Origin: an uncultured Clostridia bacterium
Lineage (GTDB): Bacteria; Bacillota; Clostridia; Oscillospirales; Ruminococcaceae
Direction: 5' to 3'
Length of the DNA stretch: 64,000 bases
NCBI GenBank assembly: GCA_947089135.1
Contig: CAMUJF010000001.1
Span: forward strand, 10,362 to 74,361
The notes below the pieces were generated by a model. The model worked only from the letters and a program-made list of their open reading frames with translations, made no database searches and was not told the origin of the DNA. The position numbers were made by a program, and so were the translations under genes. Shown in pieces: positions 56,218-64,000 of this stretch; the stretch's first letter is position 1; each line of letters starts with the position of its first letter.

Positions 56218-58128
56218 TCAATACTGAGAAACATAGTCAAGAGGATTTGCATAAGTTCCGTAGCTGCGCACCTCAAAGTGAAGGTGGTTGCCTGTGGAAT
56301 CGCCTGTGCTTCCCACATAACCGAGAAGCTGTCCCTTTACCACATAGTCTCCGTAGCTTACCGCTATAGAGCTCTGATGAGCGTAAACAGTAACGTTTCC
56401 ATCGTCGTGCTGAACTCTTACACAGTTTCCGTAACCGCCGTTCCAGCCGTCGCCTGTCTCGATAACCGTACCCGACTCTGCGGCGTAAATGGGAGTTCCG
56501 TAGGGAGCCGCGATGTCTATGCCCTTATGACCTCTTCCGTCGCCCTGATAAGCGGAAATATAACCTCCGTCAACAGGCCAGAAATAATCGCCCGATCCGC
56601 CGGTGCCTGTGCTCACAGGAGTAGTGGTCTCTCTTGTACCAACGCGCATATACTTTGTAACGGGTTCGGAAACGACCACTTCGTCAACGACCTCGGTGGA
56701 AACAAGAACGTCTCCTCTGTAAGTTGCCATTGCGCGGACTTTCTTTTCACCCTCGACGCCGGGAACGTCGACCTCGGAATCGCCCTTGTACATATCCGGA
56801 TCCTTGGTCTTAACTATCTCGTAGTCGATTGTTTCGGTATATTCGATCTCTCTCGTGGTAAGCACCTGGAGGTAAGGAACCTCCTCGCTGAGCTGAACTA
56901 TTGCTCCTACGGGGCAATACTGGGTAAGATCGTCGATCTTTTCGCCCTTGAATGTTATGTTGCAGTCAATAAGCTCGTCGGTAGTCATACCGTTGTTGCG
57001 TGCAATGTTCCAAGGGTTGTCGCCTTCGCGTATCTCATAGTAAAGAGGCTCGGAAACAATTGAATCAAGCTTGTCGATAACATCGTTCTGGTCGATTATC
57101 TCATCGGGGTCAACGTACTGCTCGTAGGTGTACTCGATATCCTTGTCGAAAGAGACCTCAACGATATCGTCGGTAAGGTATTCCTCTTTCTTTTCTTCAA
57201 GGAAATCCGTGATCTCATCGTTTGCCTTTACAGCTCCGATGACTTCTCCGTCAACGGTAACAACGAAAGCACGTTCTCTGCCGTCCTGTTCGCTTCCGGG
57301 GACAGCGGGAACTGTTTCGTTCGGATCTATGGCTTCACCGTAAATATTAAGCTCAACGCCTGCATCGTTTTCCGCACTGATTTCCGCATTCTCAGCTTCG
57401 GGAACAACTTCGTTTTCCGCGGGGGCCTGAATATCAATCTGCTCCTGAATAGCGTCGGCAAGAGTCATTTCGTCAATGATCTCGTCCTGCGCGCCGAGAG
57501 GCTTTAGGGACAGCGTTGCGGTAATATAGGTATCGCTGTTTGTATCATAGTAGATCGATCTTTCGGAAATAACCTCCTGAGCGTTGTTCAGAACGGCTTC
57601 TTCGGAAACCACTCCTATCTCCTGACCGTTATATTCGACCGTAACGCCGTAATCCGCGGACGCTTTATCGGCAACAACGCATACAAGAAATGCAACGCAA
57701 GCAACGGGTACAGCGTAATTTATAAGTGAAACCGCGATCTTTCTGCCGTTTCCGATAGATTCCGCCATATCGGAGAGCTGAAGAGACAGCGCCTTTACCA
57801 GTCCCGCTTCTGCTTTTCTTTCCGCAAATTTTTTCTTGCTGTCCGCAAATTTTTCTTTTGTCCTGCGGGCGGCAATTTTTATTTTAGCTATCCGCTTCGC
57901 ACCTGAAGCAAGAATTTTCATGGGAGCTGCGCTGCTTACAGCTTTTACCGCGGCTTTTTTCAGGAAGAAAGCCGTTCTTTTTACGGCTGCGGCGGCAAGA
58001 TATGTAACAAGCGAACCCACGTTGACCATTGCCGATTCGAAGCTTATATTTTTTTTGTCCGAAACGGCGTTGTCCGTTAGCTTCGCAGGTGTGCTATACC
58101 CGCAGGAAGCGTTGGAAAACAGGTCCAT
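56218..58128 (-). CDS. M23 family metallopeptidase with LysM and G5 domains
   Basis: M23 motifs HKGIDIAAP and GNHLHFEV. LysM is YEIREGDNPWNIARNNGMTTDELIDCN, with a G5-like segment before the catalytic domain. The start is set to ATG 58128 (MDLFSN) behind GAGAGGAG. Confidence 0.85.
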   Translation of the reverse strand: MDLFSNASCGYSTPAKLTDNAVSDKKNISFESAMVNVGSLVTYLAAAAVKRTAFFLKKAAVKAVSSAAPMKILASGAKRIAKIKIAARRTKEKFADSKKKFAERKAEAGLVKALSLQLSDMAESIGNGRKIAVSLINYAVPVACVAFLVCVVADKASADYGVTVEYNGQEIGVVSEEAVLNNAQEVISERSIYYDTNSDTYITATLSLKPLGAQDEIIDEMTLADAIQEQIDIQAPAENEVVPEAENAEISAENDAGVELNIYGEAIDPNETVPAVPGSEQDGRERAFVVTVDGEVIGAVKANDEITDFLEEKKEEYLTDDIVEVSFDKDIEYTYEQYVDPDEIIDQNDVIDKLDSIVSEPLYYEIREGDNPWNIARNNGMTTDELIDCNITFKGEKIDDLTQYCPVGAIVQLSEEVPYLQVLTTREIEYTETIDYEIVKTKDPDMYKGDSEVDVPGVEGEKKVRAMATYRGDVLVSTEVVDEVVVSEPVTKYMRVGTRETTTPVSTGTGGSGDYFWPVDGGYISAYQGDGRGHKGIDIAAPYGTPIYAAESGTVIETGDGWNGGYGNCVRVQHDDGNVTVYAHQSSIAVSYGDYVVKGQLLGYVGSTGDSTGNHLHFEVRSYGTYANPLDYVSQY

Positions 58129-58638
58129 TTTGATCTCTCCTCTCGTTTTTTCATGTTGTTCACACATATATTTCAAATTGACGTAAATTTACATAAACCG
58201 CAAACAGTTACAAAACAGTTACATTGATATTATTATACCGCATTTTTTTCAAAAAGCAACACTTAATCCCTTTTAGTCACATTTTCTTAATCTTTTTTGT
58301 AGAATAGCACAAATTTATTCTTGATTTTATGTCGTTATTCATATAAATTTACGGAGATTTTGCTGGAATAATATTCCTTGTAAATGTTTCCTCACATTTA
58401 ATTACATATTTTTACAGTTACAATTTGTAATTATTTTTAATTGGGATTTTTTGCAAACCATTTCTACAGCTCAATTTCGCGGCTGCACAAAAGGTTACAA
58501 AACAGTAACAAGATTCGTAAGATTTTTACTTTGTCTGTAATATTTGTTTTTGATTTTCCTGCCGAAAATAGTTTTTGAAGAAATAAACATAAGCTTGCCG
58601 CGCTAAAAATTTACCCTTTCGGAAAAGTCAAAAAGTTA

Positions 58639-58676
58639 AAACAGTGAGAAAACAATAACCGTTTTCTCACTGTTTC
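58639..58676 (-). terminator. Rho-independent terminator after the AGCS transporter gene
   Basis: On the minus strand: AAACAGTGAGAAAAC-ggttatt-GTTTTCTCACTGTTT followed by TAACTTTTT. Confidence 0.8.
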
Positions 58677-58691
58677 CTGTGTTTTTACAAA

Positions 58692-60515
58692 TTACTCCTC
58701 TTCAGCAAGCTTTGCCGCCTGCTCCGCCTGAATATCGGTATAGACCGAAAGCATAGGCGTTTCGTCGGGATTTGTCTTTCGGATCTTTCTTCTGACGTAA
58801 TTTCCGGTGATCTTGACAACGGTCGCCGAAAGCAGCAGCACGCCGATAAGGTTGGGCACAGCCATAAGTCCGTTGAGAGTGTCCGCAATATCCCATGCAA
58901 GGCTGAGGTTCATTGTGCAGCCTACTATAACAAACAGCACAAATATCACCTTATAAACAATAGTAGCCTTTGTGCCGAAAAGATACTCCAGAGCCTTTGT
59001 GCCGTAGAACGACCAGCCCAGCACCGTTGAGAACGCAAACAGCAGGATAGCTATTGCGAGGACTTTTCCCGCGAACGAGCCGAGACGCAGACTGAACGCA
59101 TAGGTAACAAGGGGTACGCCGTTCACTTCGGATATTTCCACCGATGTGATAACAGGGTTTCCGTTTTCGTCGGTCATAAGAGTTCCGTCAGCATTTTTGC
59201 CTTGAACGCCCCGTATCTCCATAACATTTGCGTACGTAAAATCACTTTCGCCGCTTGCCGTATCCGTATTAAGAAGCTTTACGGTCAGATCCTGTCCGTA
59301 AACGGTTTTCGCCGCATACTCGGTGTAAGTGCCCTCCGCTGCGTCTGCGGGAGCTGCCTTATAGAGCGCGTTTACGTTATCGTCGATAAGATTTACAACG
59401 CTTCCGTCACTTGTCGTGTGTATCTCGAAATACTGAGCCTCTGTGGAAATGCTCTGCATAGCCTCGTTAAATGTTTTGGACTCCGCGGGGCTTGAAAGAA
59501 TTACAAACGATGTGAGGGTGCAGACGATAATAGTGTCAAAGAATACCTCAAAAATTCCCCACATGCCCTGTACCACAGGTTCCTTTACGTCAGAAGCGGA
59601 GTGAACCATTACCGACGAACCGAGACCAGCTTCATTTGAGAAAACGCCTCTTTTGAAGCCCATAGTAACTGCGCGCTTTATTATGTAGCCGCCTATGCCT
59701 CCGGCGATAGCGCCGAAATTAAAGGCGTTGCTGAAAATGCTTGAAAAAACGTAGGGTATCTGGTGAAAGTTAGAAAAGAAGATTATCAGGCAGCCTATGA
59801 TATAGAACAGCGCCATAAAGGGTACGAGCTTTTCGGTAACGCTTGCTATGCGCTTGATGCCGCCTACGATTACAAGAGCGGCAATGACTGCCAGAACGAT
59901 ACCCGTCACAATCGTGGGAATGTTGAAGTTGGACTTCATTGCGCTGGAAATCGAATTCACCTGGGTCATGTTTCCGATACCGAAAGAAGCCAGCACGCAG
60001 AAAACGGAGAACAGCACCGCCAGCGGCTTGGCTATATGCTTGAAGCCCTTGCGGTCTTTAAGTCCCTCGTTGATGTAGTACATCGCGCCGCCCGACCATT
60101 CTCCGTGGTCGTTTTTCTTCCGGTAGAAAATTCCCAGCACGTTTTCGGAATAGTTAGTCATCATTCCGAAAAATGCGGAGAGCCACATCCAGAACACCGC
60201 TCCGGGACCGCCCACCGCAATAGCCGTCGCAACGCCTGCAATATTTCCCGTACCGATAGTGGCTGCAAGAGCGGTGGATAAAGCCTGAAACTGGGAAATG
60301 GCTTTTTTCTCCTTGGTTTTTGTTACCGATCTTTTTTTGAAAATAGCAAGAAACGTTTCGTTTGCCCAGTACTTTATCTTGGTGATCTGGAAAAATCCCG
60401 TCCTCACCGTCATGTAAATACCTGTTGCAATGATAAGCACGAGCATTGGTATTCCCCAGACAACGCCGTTTACCGCACTGTTGACCGAGGTTATGATCTC
60501 TACGATCCTGTCCAT
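58692..60515 (-). CDS. alanine/glycine:cation symporter (AGCS family)
   Basis: 607 aa with AGCS signature ..GGPGAVFWMW... It contains an extra soluble segment of about 125 aa (residues about 343-470). Confidence 0.88.
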   Translation of the reverse strand: MDRIVEIITSVNSAVNGVVWGIPMLVLIIATGIYMTVRTGFFQITKIKYWANETFLAIFKKRSVTKTKEKKAISQFQALSTALAATIGTGNIAGVATAIAVGGPGAVFWMWLSAFFGMMTNYSENVLGIFYRKKNDHGEWSGGAMYYINEGLKDRKGFKHIAKPLAVLFSVFCVLASFGIGNMTQVNSISSAMKSNFNIPTIVTGIVLAVIAALVIVGGIKRIASVTEKLVPFMALFYIIGCLIIFFSNFHQIPYVFSSIFSNAFNFGAIAGGIGGYIIKRAVTMGFKRGVFSNEAGLGSSVMVHSASDVKEPVVQGMWGIFEVFFDTIIVCTLTSFVILSSPAESKTFNEAMQSISTEAQYFEIHTTSDGSVVNLIDDNVNALYKAAPADAAEGTYTEYAAKTVYGQDLTVKLLNTDTASGESDFTYANVMEIRGVQGKNADGTLMTDENGNPVITSVEISEVNGVPLVTYAFSLRLGSFAGKVLAIAILLFAFSTVLGWSFYGTKALEYLFGTKATIVYKVIFVLFVIVGCTMNLSLAWDIADTLNGLMAVPNLIGVLLLSATVVKITGNYVRRKIRKTNPDETPMLSVYTDIQAEQAAKLAEEE

Positions 60516-60695
60516 TGGTATCCCCTCCGATTAAATTTTTCAGTATTAAGTACATTATACGGCTGCCGTCGGAGACAGCCGATAACTGCAAAATCAAAAA
60601 ATTATCCGCCGAAACGGATTTAGGAGCATTTGCCTATTGAAAAACCCGAAAAAGTGTGCTATATTTAAATAGTTAAGCGAAGAACGTTTTCTGTT

Positions 60696-61391
60696 TTATT
60701 TGTCGGAATTTATTATCATCTGCATACGGGCTTCGCTGTTCTTTATAACGTTGAGCAGCGACGACGCGGAGCTTGGGTATTCCTCCGACAGGGAGTTCGC
60801 CGTAATAAGAGTTGCGTCCCCGGCTTCGCCCGAAGCCGCTGCCGACGCAGAAGCTGCCGCCGCGTTTGCTTCGCACATTGCCATTGCGGCAGCGGAGGAA
60901 CCCATGGCGGGTATCTCCTCAACGGTAAAAAATCTTTTGTCGTTTTTGGAATTGGCTGAATGCACCACGCGGAACATTTTATATACCGCCAGCATGAGGT
61001 AGGCGGAAACCTCCTTTAAAACTATGGAACTTCCGGTTTTCCGCACGAGAGAGAACAGCACCGTTACCGCGTTCACAACAAGCTTTTTGTTGAACGCAGC
61101 CATTACCCCTCCGGGATCCATTTTTTCCTTTCCGCTCATGTCAGGTTCGGGAATATCCTCATAGGAAATAGTTTTCCCCGCAGGCTCGGGGGAGCGTCCC
61201 AGCAGATAGTCGCAGGACACATTATAGTAATCCGCAGTTTTTACGAGAAATTCAAGACCGCATTCTCTTATACCCTTTTCGTAGTGAGAGAGCAGCGCCT
61301 GGGAGATACCCAGATCGGCGGCGGCTTTTTTCTGACTTACGCCGCGTTCCTTTCTCAGCAGGGTAATTATTCTCGGAAAGTCCGAATTCAT
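60696..61391 (-). CDS. XRE family helix-turn-helix transcriptional regulator
   Basis: N-terminal HTH ..LRKERGVSQKKAAADLGISQALLSHYEKG.. with a C-terminal domain of unknown function. Confidence 0.85.
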   Translation of the reverse strand: MNSDFPRIITLLRKERGVSQKKAAADLGISQALLSHYEKGIRECGLEFLVKTADYYNVSCDYLLGRSPEPAGKTISYEDIPEPDMSGKEKMDPGGVMAAFNKKLVVNAVTVLFSLVRKTGSSIVLKEVSAYLMLAVYKMFRVVHSANSKNDKRFFTVEEIPAMGSSAAAMAMCEANAAAASASAAASGEAGDATLITANSLSEEYPSSASSLLNVIKNSEARMQMIINSDK

Positions 61392-61519
61392 CGTGTCACC
61401 TCCTGAAATTTGTTTCTACATACAGTAAATTATACAGCATTGCGTACAATTTGTAAATAGTTTCGTGTAAAAAAAGTCGATAAATGTTTCATAAGTTTTT
61501 CTGTAATTGTACACAAATC

Positions 61520-61606
61520 GGGGCGGGGAAGCCCCCGCAGGCTGAGTCACCCCCAATGTAACGTCACTGCAATTATTTACAAATCGAGCCCCCTCAAGGG
61601 GGCGGG
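61520..61606 (-). repeat. GC-hairpin repeat family, copy 7 (full, inverted)
   Basis: The plus strand reads GCGGGGAAGCCCCCGCAGGCTGAGTCACCCCC, a 33-nt spacer, then GCCCCCTCAAGGGGGCGGG. It lies between divergent genes. Confidence 0.85.
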
Positions 61607-61672
61607 CAAATTTTGCTTAAACCTATATTTTTACGCAATTTATCTTATCCGCAGCCGTTGAAAGGAGTTTTT

Positions 61673-62302
61673 ATGAAAGGTTATCACATAAGCATTTTCC
61701 GTCACGGAATCACCGACGCCAACGAAAACGGGGTCTACATAGGGAAGACCGATCTGCCCCTTTCCGAAGCCGGCAGGGAAGCTCTGATGGACAAGTACGA
61801 GCAGCTTGATTACCCCAAGGTGCAGCGGGTCTATTCCAGTCCGCTGGAAAGAGCGGTGCAGACTGCGGAGATAATTTTCCCCGACAGAGAAATAGTTATA
61901 GTCGACGACCTGCGGGAAATGGATTTCGGCGTTTTCGAGGGACTTCCCGCCGAGGAGCTTGTCCGTCTGGACAGCTTCAAAAAGTGGCTCAAGGGCGGAC
62001 TTGACAATCCTCCGCCCAACGGCGAGACCCTGCGGAGTATGATGCTACGGTGCTATTCCGCGCTGAATCTGATGATACTCGACATGATGAAGGAGGGCTT
62101 CACCCACGCGGGAGCGGTCACTCATTCGGGCATACTGATGAATATGCTGTCCTGCTTCGGACTGCCGAAAAAGAAGCCCATGGAATTCGCCTGCGAGCCG
62201 GGAGAGGGCTACGAGATACTTGTCACCGCCATGATGTGGCAGAACGGAAACACCTTTGAGATATTGGGAAAGATACCCGCAAATGAAGCTGATGGAGAAT
62301 AA
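61673..62302 (+). CDS. histidine phosphatase family protein (phosphoglycerate mutase / CobC-like)
   Basis: Catalytic RHG motif (FRHGITDANE). The start is set to ATG 61673 behind AAAGGAG. Confidence 0.85.
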   Translation: MKGYHISIFRHGITDANENGVYIGKTDLPLSEAGREALMDKYEQLDYPKVQRVYSSPLERAVQTAEIIFPDREIVIVDDLREMDFGVFEGLPAEELVRLDSFKKWLKGGLDNPPPNGETLRSMMLRCYSALNLMILDMMKEGFTHAGAVTHSGILMNMLSCFGLPKKKPMEFACEPGEGYEILVTAMMWQNGNTFEILGKIPANEADGE

Positions 62303-62306
62303 TTCC

Positions 62307-63071
62307 TCAGCGGGAGTTACGGAAGAAAAGCGACCGAGAGTTCTTTTTCCGGTACTCCGCGGGAGTTAAACCCGTTTCCTCCCTGAAGCATTTGATAAAA
62401 TGGCTTTGCGACGCAAACCCGAAATATTCCGCGATATCGGAGCAGGGGCATTCGGAAAAAATCAGCATATTTGCCGCCGCTTTCAGCTTCTCGGAACGGA
62501 TATAATCGCTTATCGGCATACCCGTTTCCTTTTTGAAAAGAGTTGAAAGATAGCTTCTGTTCAGACCGAGAGCTTTCGATACTGCCGCCGCTGTTATCTT
62601 TTCGGTGCGGTGGCGGCAGATATAATTGATCGCTTTTACCGCGTGTATCGAATATACTTCCTGTTTGGGCAGAACGGACATTTTTTCCGTAAAGACAAGC
62701 AGCATTTCATTGTAGAGAGCCAGAACCTTTTCTGCAGTTTGAAGCCTGTCCATTTTCTCGATGTAAAGATCGCTGAGAGTATAGGCAAGTTCACGGTCAA
62801 GACCTTTTTCAACGCACATCCGAGTTATAAGAGCGGCAGCCACCACAAAGTGATAGCGGATATTTCTCAGCCTGTCTTTGGAGAGAGTGCCGTATTCTCC
62901 GTTCTCGTAAAGACTGACGTTATCCGTTCGGACAAGGACTTTTTTCACGGCTTCGATATCACCGTCCGCCACCGAGCCGTAATATTTGTATTCGCTGTGG
63001 TATTCAACGTGTACCCGCTGCTCCTCGGCGTTTTCAAAGAGACGGGCGTTAAGCTCTTTTGAAATGTTCAT
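62307..63071 (-). CDS. AraC family transcriptional regulator
   Basis: C-terminal double HTH (..SQSHFIKCFREETGLTPAEYRK). The start is set to ATG 63071 (MNISKEL) behind GGGGAGG. Confidence 0.85.
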   Translation of the reverse strand: MNISKELNARLFENAEEQRVHVEYHSEYKYYGSVADGDIEAVKKVLVRTDNVSLYENGEYGTLSKDRLRNIRYHFVVAAALITRMCVEKGLDRELAYTLSDLYIEKMDRLQTAEKVLALYNEMLLVFTEKMSVLPKQEVYSIHAVKAINYICRHRTEKITAAAVSKALGLNRSYLSTLFKKETGMPISDYIRSEKLKAAANMLIFSECPCSDIAEYFGFASQSHFIKCFREETGLTPAEYRKKNSRSLFFRNSR

Positions 63072-63180
63072 GTGTCGTACCTCCCCGGCATTTTCGAGAT
63101 AATTATACAGCAAACAGCGAGTAATTGCAATATGGCGTGCGCGTTGTTCTATCTGCGGGTTATCCGCCGGAATTGTCCTT

Positions 63181-63341
63181 AGAGCCTGTTCAGTATCTTT
63201 TGACGCACGTCTTTTCGACTGCTTTTTGTCGTTGACTGTGTTAAAAATCCTTGCAATACGGCAAGTATTCCTGCGGATTTTTGCCTTGTCACCGACAAAA
63301 TTCTGCCAAAAATCCGCACATAAAAATACTGAACAGGCTCT
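63181..63341. repeat. 161-bp nested palindrome
   Basis: The perfect 16-bp outer arms are AGAGCCTGTTCAGTAT (63181-63196) and ATACTGAACAGGCTCT (63326-63341). The inner 12-bp arms are TGCGGATTTTTG (63272-63283) and CAAAAATCCGCA (63307-63318), and further small hairpins are present. Confidence 0.85.
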
Positions 63342-63405
63342 TACATATTTGGCTTGCTGTAATAGATCTGTTCGATAATAATTTTACATATAAAGGAGAA
63401 AAATT

Positions 63406-64000
63406 GTGAAAACCGTTAAGGAATTAAAGCAAACCGTTCTTCAGCGTTTGAGATACTGCTGGGGAGAAAATACCGCTGTTTTCTTTATCTCCGCAGGGGG
63501 AGCAGCCGCAGTCGCTCTGGCATGGTTCATGACTACGGATTTCCTGATAGCTTCGGGTGCGGCCGATCAGACAAGACCGCGGGCAGACCTTTCAAACGGG
63601 GCGGTACTTGCCGTTACGGCGGCTGCACTGATATTGCTGTTCTGTATCGCCGAGCCGTTCCGCTACGGTGTAAAATGGTACAGACTCCAACAGGTGCGGG
63701 GAAACGCCGTTCACGCACGGAGCATATTCTCATGCTACGGTTCATGGAAAAGAGCGGGACAGATATTCAGACTGGACGCATATCTTTTTGTCAGACGTAT
63801 GTATTTTACAGTTCCGCTTATCGCTTTGTTCGCGGCGGGGGTCTATCTGGCAAGCAGGATAGAGGCTTCGGAAAACATGGCGGCATACAGCGCGGCTGCG
63901 GTATTGGTGCTGCTTCTTGCAGGAAGCGTTATATGCGCGTCCGCGGCTTTCAACTGTAAATATTCAGCCGCCGGGTATCTGTTCGTGCTTGACCCCGACG
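63406..64000 (+). CDS. hypothetical integral membrane protein (3-prime truncated by window end)
   Basis: Own translation from GTG 63406, 7 nt after AAAGGAG, gives VKTVKELKQTVLQRLRYCWGENTAVFFISAGGAAAVALAWF... This has several hydrophobic helices and is open to the window end. I prefer it over the Arg-rich ORF-track frame 63522..63959. Confidence 0.6.
   Translation, partial: MKTVKELKQTVLQRLRYCWGENTAVFFISAGGAAAVALAWFMTTDFLIASGAADQTRPRADLSNGAVLAVTAAALILLFCIAEPFRYGVKWYRLQQVRGNAVHARSIFSCYGSWKRAGQIFRLDAYLFVRRMYFTVPLIALFAAGVYLASRIEASENMAAYSAAAVLVLLLAGSVICASAAFNCKYSAAGYLFVLDPD

Noticed and set aside
60516-60695. I looked for a glycine riboswitch or T-box upstream of the AGCS transporter gene.
   Set aside because: No conserved glycine-aptamer blocks or T-box specifier/antiterminator features are visible. 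There is only a weak terminator of the XRE gene and a short hairpin.
63522-63959. The 145-aa ORF listed near the right edge (MVHDYGFPDSFGCGRSDKTAGRPF..).
   Set aside because: It is Arg/Gly-rich with no RBS. The overlapping frame starting at GTG 63406 has an AAAGGAG RBS and encodes a plausible multi-TM protein that stays open to the window end.
1-64000. I searched for mobile elements, prophage genes, defence systems (restriction-modification, CRISPR-Cas, toxin-antitoxin, retron or DGR reverse transcriptases), tRNA and rRNA genes.
   Set aside because: No ORF has transposase, integrase, reverse-transcriptase, nuclease-helicase or Cas-like features. No intergenic region shows tRNA or rRNA hallmarks. 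The window is core housekeeping genome.

Overview
This window is the chromosomal replication-origin region of a Clostridia-type Firmicute. The evidence is roughly 50% GC by eye, CIRCE/HrcA heat-shock control, a Noc-like ParB paralogue and GGAGG-type RBSs. Left of oriC on the minus strand lie dnaA-dnaN-yaaA-recF-remB-gyrB. To the right lie rpmH-rnpA-yidD-yidC-jag-mnmE-(GNAT)-mnmG-rsmG-soj-spo0J-noc. These are followed by hrcA-grpE-dnaK-dnaJ, rpsF-ssb-rpsR, a Mn riboswitch with mntP, mnmA, comM and a stand-alone rpoB-rpoC operon. Next come tatD, glgP, a GH2 glycosidase, mgsA, an orphan MinD-like ATPase and mreB-mreC-mreD-mrdA. The window ends with an M23/LysM/G5 peptidase, an AGCS transporter and two regulators. 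I call 53 CDS and saw no rRNA, tRNA, CRISPR array, transposase or prophage gene. This is core genome, and I found no convincing novel protein-coding system. The unexplained signal is non-coding. (1) A bipartite GC-hairpin repeat family (REP/MITE-like) has 7 copies, and five of them abut stop codons of essential genes. (2) Eight parS sites lie within 7.8 kb. (3) A same-orientation DnaA-box cluster sits about 45 kb from oriC, upstream of a small membrane protein. (4) A structured, terminator-bounded candidate sRNA of about 220 nt with C-rich loops lies between the M23 peptidase and mreB. (5) Two arrays of GAGGNTA-type heptamer repeats occupy intra-operon spacers. (6) There is a 161-bp nested palindrome. 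(7) Core proteins carry lineage-specific features: an RpoB polyacidic tail, an RpoC insertion and an AGCS insertion. About half of the genes right of oriC are in head-on orientation. All calls rest on reading and translating the sequence, and no database search was possible.
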